Positions 6,824-14,500 of a stretch of DNA of 35,906 nucleotides are shown one piece after another. Source of the DNA: a virus (lineage: Duplodnaviria; Caudoviricetes). The translations under genes and the position numbers were made by a program. A model generated the notes under the pieces. It had not been told where the DNA came from, made no database searches, and saw nothing but the letters and a program-made list of their open reading frames with translations. Location of the stretch: IMG/VR virus record IMGVR_UViG_3300028388_002774, positions 1 through 35,906 of that record; one strand, given 5' to 3'. Positions within the stretch are counted from its first letter, which is position 1; the number at the start of each line of letters is the position of its first letter.

Positions 6824-8444
6824 CGTTAAACCGAATACCGATGAATGGCTGGCCGAGCGCGAGAAGCGTTTTTGTGCCAGCGACGCGCCAGCAATGATGG
6901 GCGTCTCGAAACACAAAAGCCGGACCCGCCTGCTCGATGAGAAAAAAGGCGCAGCGCCGGAAGAGATCAGCAACTTCAAGCAGAAGCTTTTTGATCGCGG
7001 CCACGCTGATGAAGATAAGGCGCGCGTTCTGGTTGAGCTGGAACTGATGATCGATATTCCGCCGGCTGTTGGTGTCAAGAAAGTGCGCGGAATCAAGACT
7101 GAGCTACTGGCGTCTCTTGATGGCTATAGCCCGGAGATCGATTTCAGCTGGGAATGCAAAAGCTCCAATAAGACGCTGATCGAGAATATTCAGAACTGCG
7201 TCCTGGAGCCTCACTACTACTGGCAGCTTGAGCATCAGTGCCTGGTCAGCGGCTTGAAAAAAGTGAAGTTTACCTGCTCCGATGGCACTGCCGATGGCAG
7301 CTACCACATGGAATATGAGTCAGATCCTGAGCGCCAGAAGGAGTTGATTGCCGCCTGGAAGCAGTTTGAAAAAGATCTGGATGAGCACGAAATTCAAGCC
7401 AAATCTGAAGCGGTTGAAGTTGAAACCCCGGATATGCCAGCGCTGACCTGTGAAGTCGATGGCGCTATGGTGGTGTCGAACCTGGCTGAAATCATCCCAA
7501 TCGCCAGAGAGTTGGCTAAGGTTGAGATGGATAAGCCGCTGGTTACCGATCTGGACTTTGGTCAAAAAGACGAGCTGATCAAAAAGGTGGTTAAGGCTCG
7601 GAAAGCCGTCAAGGAAAAGGTCGAGCAGGTTCGCAACGGCTTTGAGTCGTTCTCAGCCTTCGCCGACATGGCGGCTGAATTCGACTCGATCCTGCAGAAA
7701 TTGCAGTCTGCCAGCGAGAAAGCTGTTAAGACTGAGAAGGAAAAGCGCAAGAAACAGATCGCGGACACTGCTCAGGAAGAAGTGAACGCGGCGGTGCTGA
7801 GCTTAAATAAAGCCCTGGAGCCGGTATTACTCGGCGAGATCGTTGATACCCAGCCAGATTTTGCGGCAGCAATGAAGGGCAAGAGCAAACTTGACTCCAT
7901 GCAGGAGTCGGTCGATGCGGTCAAAGCTCACTGCTTGGCCCAGGTTCATGCTAAGGCGGAAGCCATTGAACCGAACGTCATGGCTTACAAAAATCTGCCT
8001 GAAGCCCACCAAAAATTGGTTCATGCTTCAGAGCTGGCCGGCCTGGTGGATCAATCACCGGAAGCGTTCACCGCTGTCATGGATAAGCGAATCGCTGAGT
8101 TTGAAAAAACGGTAAGCGAAGCGAAGCAGGCCGATCCAGCCCCGGTTCAGACCACGGTTGCAGCGCCAGTAGCTCAGCAGTCGATTACTCCGGCCCAGCC
8201 CAGTAATCCGACAGAAAGTATGCCGGTGCATGCGGCAGTATCGAACGCGGTGCCAGATGCGCAGGCCGAAAATCGACCAACGCTGTATTCGGCCAATGTC
8301 AACGGAAACGGTCAGCTGATGATAGTGTTTAGCGACCAGCGAGATTTTCATGTCACCTTCTCGCAAGACGACGGCCCGATCACCGTGGCCGAAAAACTCA
8401 GCCAGCTGGTTCACCACATTGCCAGCCAGTACAGCAAGGGATAA
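6810..8444 (+). CDS. YqaJ-like viral recombinase exonuclease with a long helical C-terminal extension
   Basis: EWLAERE..FCASDAPAMMG.S, RGH..E..AR, LASLDG, WECK and HYYWQLEHQ motifs. Confidence 0.88.
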   Translation: MKLLDVKPNTDEWLAEREKRFCASDAPAMMGVSKHKSRTRLLDEKKGAAPEEISNFKQKLFDRGHADEDKARVLVELELMIDIPPAVGVKKVRGIKTELLASLDGYSPEIDFSWECKSSNKTLIENIQNCVLEPHYYWQLEHQCLVSGLKKVKFTCSDGTADGSYHMEYESDPERQKELIAAWKQFEKDLDEHEIQAKSEAVEVETPDMPALTCEVDGAMVVSNLAEIIPIARELAKVEMDKPLVTDLDFGQKDELIKKVVKARKAVKEKVEQVRNGFESFSAFADMAAEFDSILQKLQSASEKAVKTEKEKRKKQIADTAQEEVNAAVLSLNKALEPVLLGEIVDTQPDFAAAMKGKSKLDSMQESVDAVKAHCLAQVHAKAEAIEPNVMAYKNLPEAHQKLVHASELAGLVDQSPEAFTAVMDKRIAEFEKTVSEAKQADPAPVQTTVAAPVAQQSITPAQPSNPTESMPVHAAVSNAVPDAQAENRPTLYSANVNGNGQLMIVFSDQRDFHVTFSQDDGPITVAEKLSQLVHHIASQYSKG

Positions 8445-8450
8445 GCCACC

Positions 8451-8798
8451 ATGTTTAACTTCCTGAATCCCCGGAAGAGCGGCATTTTGCTTTCAATTAT
8501 CCAGGCCCTGATGCCGTCGTATGGTCCGTCGAAGACCATGGCGAAGCGTCTGCCGCCCCAGAAGTCTCAGCGCTCAGCTGATCAGGTTGAGCAACTGAAA
8601 ATCGACGCCCAGGCGAAGCGTGACCGGAAGAATCACAAGCGTCGCCAGGATGATCTGGCCTGTCAGTTCTTCAATCGCGCCAAGCTGCCTCATGAAGGAC
8701 GGCCGTCGCAAAAGTTTTGTCGGTACAAGAAAGATGCTGACGGATTTATGGTTGCCATTGAGTATCCTGTTCGAGGCAACCAAAGAATCGCGGTCTGA
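8451..8798 (+). CDS. hypothetical basic protein
   Basis: ATG 6 nt after the upstream stop; contains AQAKRDRKN. Confidence 0.65.
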   Translation: MFNFLNPRKSGILLSIIQALMPSYGPSKTMAKRLPPQKSQRSADQVEQLKIDAQAKRDRKNHKRRQDDLACQFFNRAKLPHEGRPSQKFCRYKKDADGFMVAIEYPVRGNQRIAV

Positions 8799-8994
8799 AA
8801 GCCCTGGCCGCGTAGCGCTCAACACCTGGCAGAGGAATCCGTCTCGAACGGTAATGTGGGGCGCGGGCTGACAGGATCGAGGCTTTGATTGCTTCACCTC
8901 GTTTCTGGCGGCTGTAATCTGCAAGTAAAGGTTTTAACAGCCTTCGATACCGGTGGCCCGCCGGAGCGAAAAAGGGCAGCCGCTTCTATGAGGC

Positions 8995-9191
8995 GGCACT
9001 ATAGAGTGTCCTGACTTAGTATCGGTTTAGATTCTAAGAAAACGAAAACCGGCTCTCGCATGAGCGTAAGACGATGGGTGTGAGCTTGCTGGACAAAATA
9101 CTGGACCGCTTGAATTTTAAGCCTAACGGGAAACGTCCACTTCAGCACCTCCGGTTAAGACCGCAAGAACGGCAGGATACTCTATAGTGCC
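8995..9191 (+). ncRNA. candidate structured non-coding RNA of unknown family
   Basis: 19-nt arms 8995-9013 and 9173-9191 pair fully (18 Watson-Crick pairs plus one G-U on the + strand) and enclose several internal hairpins; no ORF. Confidence 0.55.
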
Positions 9192-9324
9192 ACCCTCGAA
9201 CGAGTAGCGCCTACGGGCGCTGAGTGCAAGCACCATGGTGGTATAGCGGACTATTCCGCGACCGGGCCAGCCAGCGGAGCAATACCTGGCTGGAGCTAAT
9301 TAAACCTTGATCGAGGAACTACAC

Positions 9325-9741
9325 ATGAGCAATGAAACTAAAGGCTTCAAGGCAGTAGATGTAGCGAACACCCGGACTGATATTGAGCATGTCCTGGACC
9401 ACATGAATGCAGGCGTATTCAAGGAAAAGCTTGAAATCGTTCTTAGCCATGTTGTCATGGGTGTTATCAATCACGGCAGCGGCAAGAAAAAAGGTCAGGT
9501 GACAGTTACGTTAGATATCAGCCAGCTGGGCGAAAACCAGCAGGTCGAGATCGAGCACACGCTGAAGTACAAGCAACCGACCAAGCGCGGCAACAAGGCG
9601 GAAATCGATTCCACCTCAACGTCGTTCCATGTCGGTCGCGGTGGCAAGCTGAGCTTCAACCAGCCGAAGGAAGACGATAACCGCCAGTACAGCCTGGAAC
9701 AGGAAACTGACGGTATCTTGGCTCGCGGCAATCAGCAGTAA
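9325..9741 (+). CDS. YfdP-like phage protein (usual partner of DUF2303)
   Basis: GAGG RBS; LDHMNAGVF..KL...LS.V..GV...KKGQVTVTLDI...HTLKYKQPTKRG; lies directly upstream of DUF2303. Confidence 0.65.
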   Translation: MSNETKGFKAVDVANTRTDIEHVLDHMNAGVFKEKLEIVLSHVVMGVINHGSGKKKGQVTVTLDISQLGENQQVEIEHTLKYKQPTKRGNKAEIDSTSTSFHVGRGGKLSFNQPKEDDNRQYSLEQETDGILARGNQQ

Positions 9742-9777
9742 CAGCCGCTAAATTCACTTTAAAATCAAAGGTTAAAC

Positions 9778-10611
9778 ATGACTATGGACAACACAGCAAT
9801 TAAGCAGATCCAGGAAAGCGCCAACATCGAAGCGGTTATGGCCGGTGTTCAGGCTGCAACTGCCGACAAGCCTTTTGTCGCAGTGCCCGAATCGATGAAC
9901 GTGAAGAACCTGGAAAACTACATGCCTCTGGCGTTGCGTCAGCGGGCGCAACTGACATCGGTATCACTGCAAAGCTTCGCGGAATATGTGAATGATCACG
10001 GTAATGAAAATTCCGTTCTGATGGTGGATGCCGAAGATCCTTTGCGCCTGTCTGCTAAAGCAGTCATCGATTTCGGCACAGTGGAAGAGCCGCTACACAA
10101 AGAGCATAGCTTCACACTGAACCTGCAGAAATCGGCCGCTTATCAGGCGTACATCCGAACCGGTGAGCGTAACGGCATGTCGCAGCGTGACGTCAGTGAC
10201 TTCATCGAAGACTGGGCGGATCACATCACGGCTTACGATGCCGACGGTGACCGCATGTCCCCAGCCCAGGCTGCCGATGCGTTACGCCGCATTACGATTG
10301 CTCGCGCGCGCGAAGCCAAGCGTGAAGTCGGCGACATGAGCGAGTCTGGAAGCTTGATGGAAAGCGTCGAAGCCCGCAGTCAAGAGCGGATTCCGGCCGT
10401 CATCATCTTCAAGTGTGTCCCGTTTGTTGGCTTCTCTGATCAGGACTTCGAGTATCGTGTCGGAATTCTGACAGCCAGCGATGAGCCGGTGATCAAGCTG
10501 CGCCCGGTGCGCCTGGAGATCATTCAGGAGAAGATCGCCCAGGAATTCGTCGAGCTGATCGATGAACAGGTGGCTGCCGAAGGCGTCAAGACTTACCTGG
10601 CCAGCGTCTAA
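9778..10611 (+). CDS. DUF2303 family protein (YfdQ-like)
   Basis: MDNTAIKQIQ, NLENYMP..LRQR, SQRD.SDFIEDW and FKCVPFVG motifs. Confidence 0.8.
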   Translation: MTMDNTAIKQIQESANIEAVMAGVQAATADKPFVAVPESMNVKNLENYMPLALRQRAQLTSVSLQSFAEYVNDHGNENSVLMVDAEDPLRLSAKAVIDFGTVEEPLHKEHSFTLNLQKSAAYQAYIRTGERNGMSQRDVSDFIEDWADHITAYDADGDRMSPAQAADALRRITIARAREAKREVGDMSESGSLMESVEARSQERIPAVIIFKCVPFVGFSDQDFEYRVGILTASDEPVIKLRPVRLEIIQEKIAQEFVELIDEQVAAEGVKTYLASV

Positions 10612-10641
10612 TCAACCACGATCAACCCTGATCGATGATAG

Positions 10642-10671
10642 AAAAGCCCGGCGATTGTCGGGCTTTTTTTG
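10642..10671 (+). terminator. intrinsic terminator, potentially bidirectional
   Basis: AAAAGCCCGGC gatt GTCGGGCTTTTTT. Confidence 0.8.
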
Positions 10672-10683
10672 TGCCTTTAAGGT

Positions 10684-10712
10684 TTGACTTGGTATATATA
10701 GGGATATATATT
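10684..10712 (+). promoter_or_regulatory. sigma70 promoter for the DUF1367-ninG operon
   Basis: TTGACT-17 nt-TATATT right after the terminator; TATATA-6-TATATA symmetry over the spacer and -10. Confidence 0.6.
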
Positions 10713-10733
10713 GATTTAACTTTGGAGGTGATC

Positions 10734-11174
10734 ATGAAAATCAACGTTATGAAAATGCACTCAGGCATTCTTGTGCCGGCCGACGATGATGGCGTTGATC
10801 GTATGAAGCGATTCAAGAATAACCAGGCCTACACTGTCGATATCAAGGAGTTCAGAAACTGGGAATTCCACAAGAAAGTGTTCAAATTCCTGCGCTTCTG
10901 CTTTGCTCACTGGGTTTCTGAGCATTCCGAGATCCAGGATGAAGAGAAGCAATTTCAGGTTTTTCGGGACAACATGACTGTGTTGGCCGGCTATTACGAC
11001 ACCTATTACAAGATCAACGGAGAGACCAGGGTCGAGGCCAGATCGATCTCATTCGACTCGATGGATCAAGAAGAGTTCGAGAAATATTACAGCGCCCTGA
11101 TCAACGTGGCCCTGAAGCACATCTTCAAGACCACCGACGAAAATACCTTCAACCAGCTGATGAGCTTTTTCTAA
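10734..11174 (+). CDS. DUF1367 family protein (nin-region)
   Basis: GGAGG RBS; GILVPA, RN.EFHKKVF..L.FCF.HW, LAGYYD and EARSISF.SMDQEEFE motifs. Confidence 0.8.
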   Translation: MKINVMKMHSGILVPADDDGVDRMKRFKNNQAYTVDIKEFRNWEFHKKVFKFLRFCFAHWVSEHSEIQDEEKQFQVFRDNMTVLAGYYDTYYKINGETRVEARSISFDSMDQEEFEKYYSALINVALKHIFKTTDENTFNQLMSFF

Positions 11175-11785
11175 TGGCCAACTCGAAGAAACGCTGCAAG
11201 CAGTGCAAAAAGTATTTCCCGGTCGACAGTATGGTCACCCTGCCTGGCGGGAATTTCTGCACCATGGATCACGCCCTGGATTTTGCCAATGAAGCGAAGC
11301 AGCGCCAGCAGGAAAAGGATCGCGCCGACCGTGAGGACTTCCATCGGCGCATCGATGCTGGTGAGTTCGAGAAAAGCGCCGGCGAGAAAGGCCGCTCCCA
11401 TTACGTTGAGAAGCTGGAGAATCTGGTCCGCCAGTGGGTTTTGAATGTTCGTGACGTCGGCGCGCCGTGCTGCACCTGCGGCGTACCGTACAAGTCGATC
11501 AAGTTTGATGCCGGTCATTACCGGACTGTCGGCGCCGTTCCAGAGCTGCGCCTGGAGCTGACCAATATCCATGCCCAGTGCCATATCTGTAACAGCCACG
11601 CATCCGGGCGCCGTGACGCTTACAACCTGTTTATCAAGCAGAAATACGGCCAGGATCATTACGACTGGCTGAACGGTCCCCATCCAGAACTCAGGGACCA
11701 ATACCCTCACATCGACGATCTGAAAAAAGAGATCCGCCGGTATCGAAAATTACTCAGAGAAGCAGGCCTGACGCCCAGGAGATGA
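11174..11785 (+). CDS. ninG: NinG/Rap-family recombination endonuclease
   Basis: N-terminal CxxC...FC, RD.G.PCCTCG, FDAGHYRTVGA.PELR and NIHAQC..CN motifs. Confidence 0.88.
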   Translation: MANSKKRCKQCKKYFPVDSMVTLPGGNFCTMDHALDFANEAKQRQQEKDRADREDFHRRIDAGEFEKSAGEKGRSHYVEKLENLVRQWVLNVRDVGAPCCTCGVPYKSIKFDAGHYRTVGAVPELRLELTNIHAQCHICNSHASGRRDAYNLFIKQKYGQDHYDWLNGPHPELRDQYPHIDDLKKEIRRYRKLLREAGLTPRR

Positions 11786-11928
11786 TCATGACCATAGAGA
11801 GCTTTGTTAAAGAAATCCGAGAATTTCAAACACCTGGCAGTGATGAACACGCATTATTCAATGCCGCTGCTGACGAAATCGAACGCCTCACCGCCCAGCA
11901 GCAGGGAGGCGATCATGGCACTGACTAA
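11782..11928 (+). CDS. small hypothetical protein (48 aa)
   Basis: ATGA overlap with the ninG stop; MIMTIESFVKEIRE...AADEIERLTAQQQGGDHGTD. Confidence 0.6.
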   Translation: MIMTIESFVKEIREFQTPGSDEHALFNAAADEIERLTAQQQGGDHGTD

Positions 11929-12097
11929 AAATCAGCGCGCCGAATTGCGCGAAATGTTCGGCGGCCGCTGCGCCTATTGCGGTTGTGAATTACCGGAAAA
12001 GGGCTGGCATGCCGATCACATTGAGCCGGTTCGGCGCGAGACAATCGTCGTGCGTGAAAACGGGGCTTTTAAAGGGTTTAAGAGGTTTTCTATTTTG
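11915..12097 (+). pseudogene. truncated HNH endonuclease, in frame with the next ORF
   Basis: FGGRCAYCG.EL...WHADHIEP is present but the downstream N..P.C..CN half is missing; similarity stops before the repeat at 12098. Confidence 0.65.
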
Positions 12098-12118
12098 AGC
12101 AGCAGGGAGGCGAATAGT

Positions 12119-12313
12119 ATGGACAGCATTCGTGAAAGTCAGATAGAGAACATGCGCAAGAAACTGAAACGCGCCGACGTTCTCATACGGAACGCACCAA
12201 ACGAGATATTGCTCCTGGATGCATGCCGTTACCGTGGCGCTATTCTTGAGCAATTACGTAAGCTGGGAGCCGACGAACAGCAGCAGGGAGGCGACCATGC
12301 AAACAATTCCTGA
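12119..12313 (+). CDS. small hypothetical protein (64 aa)
   Basis: own GGAGG RBS from the repeat; ends QQQGGDHANNS. Confidence 0.6.
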   Translation: MDSIRESQIENMRKKLKRADVLIRNAPNEILLLDACRYRGAILEQLRKLGADEQQQGGDHANNS

Positions 12314-12500
12314 ATATGGGCGCAAAGTTTCGGCAGAAGAGTTTGAAGAATGGGTCGATTGCGGAGCGATAATTTCAGACGACGGGACCGGATGTTGGGC
12401 GACTGAAACGGAAATGGACCCTAATGCAAGAGTCTTTAGAGGCATTACGCCAACTCAAAAACCAGACTGGGCGACCCATGCTGTCTGGTTCAATAAGTAA
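12297..12500 (+). CDS. small hypothetical protein (67 aa)
   Basis: GGAGG RBS from the repeat; MQTIPEYG...DDGTGCWAT...KPDWATHAVWFNK. Confidence 0.7.
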   Translation: MQTIPEYGRKVSAEEFEEWVDCGAIISDDGTGCWATETEMDPNARVFRGITPTQKPDWATHAVWFNK

Positions 12501-12514
12501 GAGAGGTGATAGCG

Positions 12515-12661
12515 ATGTTTGATGAAGACCAGAACGTCATGCGTGAGCAGTACGAATGCGAATGCGGCGGGACTATCAGTTTTATCCATCCAGACAAGTC
12601 TTGGCAGTGTGATTCGTGCGATTTCGACTCAGGTCAGCAGGGAGAGCGCGACGATGGCTGA
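12515..12661 (+). CDS. small zinc-ribbon-like protein (48 aa), not in the ORF track
   Basis: GAGGTG RBS; MFDEDQNVMREQYECECGG...WQCDSCDFDSGQQGERDDG. Confidence 0.65.
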   Translation: MFDEDQNVMREQYECECGGTISFIHPDKSWQCDSCDFDSGQQGERDDG

Positions 12662-12953
12662 GATCATAAAATATAGTGCTTGGCTGAGTGGCCTGAAGCA
12701 CGCCGAAGAGATCGTAAGAACTGAAGGCGCTACAACTGGTCTGGAATACATCACTGAACGGCATTCTGCTCGGTACACCGGATTCTCATGTGGCGCCATG
12801 GATTATTTGCTGACTCCAGCTTTCTGGCATAAAGCAGATGCCGAACAAAAAGAGATTGCTCTTAACTTGGCACTATTCGGATTTAGCCCAGTCCCGCCAA
12901 GCGATATCACGCTCACGGAGAAACCGCATGATCTCCCGGAGCCGCGCCGCTGA
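12654..12953 (+). CDS. hypothetical protein (99 aa), last gene of the rightward block
   Basis: GGAG RBS from the partial repeat; 3' end overlaps the convergent spanin gene. Confidence 0.55.
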   Translation: MAEIIKYSAWLSGLKHAEEIVRTEGATTGLEYITERHSARYTGFSCGAMDYLLTPAFWHKADAEQKEIALNLALFGFSPVPPSDITLTEKPHDLPEPRR

Positions 12954-13175
12954 TTCGGCATCCAAAGCAACGGCAGCTGCCGGATCGTCGGGCGATATGA
13001 ACTTAGGCAGTGCGCCCGGCGAATATGGCTCAGCCAGCCACTCAGGCGGCTCAGGCTTGACCGGATAAGGCACCTTAACTTCCACCGTCTCGGTGCGAAT
13101 AATTGGCTCAACCGGCTTACTGGCGCAGCCGGCCAGGCCAACCAATACGACGATCAAAACAATGATTCGAGCCAT
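12873..13175 (-). CDS. outer-membrane lipoprotein, o-spanin (Rz1-like)
   Basis: signal peptide with LAGC lipobox, Pro-rich segment, last gene of the lysis cassette. Confidence 0.75.
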   Translation of the reverse strand: MARIIVLIVVLVGLAGCASKPVEPIIRTETVEVKVPYPVKPEPPEWLAEPYSPGALPKFISPDDPAAAVALDAESAARLREIMRFLRERDIAWRDWAKSE

Positions 13176-13519
13176 TCGTTCATGCCCTCCGCGTTATCGT
13201 TCACCGCTCGATCTGCGGCAAGGTAGGCTTGCAAGCGGCGGTAAGCGTCGCCGGCGCGCTGCTCAGCACGTTCAGCCATCTTCTCAGCCTCAAGCCGCGC
13301 CTGGTCGATCTGGGCGTTCTGCTTCTCCAGAGCGGTCTCCAGGGTGTCTTCGTTCTGGCGACACTGCATCAGCTGCAGACTGAGCCGGTCGCGCTCGTCC
13401 TGCAGGCTGGCCAGATCCTCTTCCAGCGATCCGATTTCCCGGTGCAGACCGGCCACGTACCAAAGGGCAGCGGCCAGCACCACGCCGGCAGCGCCCAGAA
13501 AAATCTTATTCTTCAGCAT
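13154..13519 (-). CDS. i-spanin (Rz-like)
   Basis: N-terminal TM helix then coiled coil; GGAG RBS; lies between endolysin and lipoprotein. Confidence 0.75.
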   Translation of the reverse strand: MLKNKIFLGAAGVVLAAALWYVAGLHREIGSLEEDLASLQDERDRLSLQLMQCRQNEDTLETALEKQNAQIDQARLEAEKMAERAEQRAGDAYRRLQAYLAADRAVNDNAEGMNEWLESLF

Positions 13520-14075
13520 TTTGCATCTCCCCGTACCAGCGCCTGATGCGCTCAACGTAAGTCATGGTTTCCTGGCTGTGATGACCGGTGACCGCCGGCA
13601 AGCACTGAATGATCGCCGGATAAAGCCTGGCGCCATCGCACTTGCGCTGCGCCTTCAGGATGTTACCAAAGCCAGCATTGTAACTGGCCAGGGCCAGGTT
13701 GTGCCGGTCGACTTCAGGACGTTGCGATGACCAGCCACGGCGAAGGCCGCGCATATAGTAGGCGGCGGCACGGACGTTCGAGACGGGATTGAATGGCCCA
13801 GTGCGGATACCCAACTGAGACTGCATGTCGCGCCAGGTCGCTGGCATGAATTGGCAGAGTCCGGCGGCACCGACCGGGCTGACCGCAACCGGATCGAGCA
13901 GACTCTCCTGGTAGCACTGAGCCTTCAACAGGCGCCAGTCGATTTCCGGCAAATAGATCGCCGAGTACACGGCGAGCACATGATCAAATTGGCGGGGAAA
14001 CGATGAGGCCGACAAGCAGGGCGCCAGCCAGAATACGAAGGCCAAAATACAGAGCTTTCGAGCGATCATCAGCAT
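13506..14075 (-). CDS. lytic transglycosylase (SLT domain) endolysin
   Basis: AQCYQES, AVSPVGAAGLCQFMPATW, ALASYNAG and ET.TYV.RI motifs; hydrophobic N-terminus; exact start uncertain. Confidence 0.9.
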   Translation of the reverse strand: MLMIARKLCILAFVFWLAPCLSASSFPRQFDHVLAVYSAIYLPEIDWRLLKAQCYQESLLDPVAVSPVGAAGLCQFMPATWRDMQSQLGIRTGPFNPVSNVRAAAYYMRGLRRGWSSQRPEVDRHNLALASYNAGFGNILKAQRKCDGARLYPAIIQCLPAVTGHHSQETMTYVERIRRWYGEMQNAEE

Positions 14076-14214
14076 TAGCCATCCACTCCGAAAATTTATG
14101 CTTTGAGCTTCGATCCAAATACCGAAGCGCGGCGATCAGCATCATGAATGAAACAATCGCATAGCCAGCATTTACCGGTGCGCTGATAGCGACCAGACTC
14201 CAGAAATCATTCAT
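13984..14214 (-). CDS. two-TM membrane protein, holin/antiholin candidate
   Basis: two hydrophobic segments; overlaps the upstream stop and the endolysin 5' end. Confidence 0.55.
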   Translation of the reverse strand: MNDFWSLVAISAPVNAGYAIVSFMMLIAALRYLDRSSKHKFSEWMANADDRSKALYFGLRILAGALLVGLIVSPPI

Positions 14215-14491
14215 CGTCCTGTCTCCGCTTATGTTCTTTTTTACGCTCCCTGCGATAGAACCAATCCATGATCTGCTTCCAGATAACCGCAGCCGTTCCT
14301 AGCATGCCGAAACAGATACCCATGACGGTGAATAGCGGCAAATACTCGGCCGACGTCGTATTCAGCCACCCAACGGTATGAGCAAACCAAGTGGCTGAAG
14401 ATACGCCAAGCGTCGCCGGTGCTACCGCTTGCTGCGCGACATGGATGAGGTTTTGAATCATTAGATTGCGTCCTTGTGTTTGGCTAATCAT
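14207..14491 (-). CDS. holin-like membrane protein
   Basis: hydrophobic segments plus a highly charged C-terminus (RRERKKEHKRRQDDE); first gene of the lysis cassette. Confidence 0.6.
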   Translation of the reverse strand: MISQTQGRNLMIQNLIHVAQQAVAPATLGVSSATWFAHTVGWLNTTSAEYLPLFTVMGICFGMLGTAAVIWKQIMDWFYRRERKKEHKRRQDDE

Positions 14492-14500
14492 AGTAGGTCT

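Larger units (their letters stand above)
11896..12644 (+). repeat. dispersed RBS-containing repeat (C)AGCAGCAGGGAGGCGA at gene junctions
   Basis: copies at 11896-11912, 12098-12113 and 12278-12294, partial at 12635-12644; each is followed within 2-9 nt by an ATG. Confidence 0.85.

Noticed and set aside
8806-8870. tRNA gene (GCGTAGCGCTCAACACCTGGCAGAG resembles a D-arm)
   Set aside because: No GTTCRA T-loop, no 7-nt anticodon loop and no matching acceptor stem.
9010-9135. Hammerhead or pistol ribozyme
   Set aside because: CTGA is not followed by NGA, and the pistol consensus and pseudoknot could not be assembled by eye.
8995-9191. MITE/IS remnant or complete retron
   Set aside because: There is no target-site duplication (the flanks are complementary, not direct repeats), no transposase and no RT. 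The G-U pair favours an RNA stem.
1224-10671. Similar AAAA(G)CCCGG...CGGG hairpins at 1224, 5894 and 10642 as a repeat family
   Set aside because: The loops differ and the shared stem is a generic intrinsic-terminator sequence.
11804-11914. Extended N-terminus of the 169-aa ORF in the track; similar extensions at 10635, 12219, 12519, 21049 and 26101
   Set aside because: Better RBS-supported starts lie downstream, and the extensions overlap other genes or terminators.
11896-12644. CRISPR array or integron attC cassettes
   Set aside because: The repeats are 16-17 nt, non-palindromic, 160-340 nt apart and lie within coding junctions. There is no cas or integrase gene.
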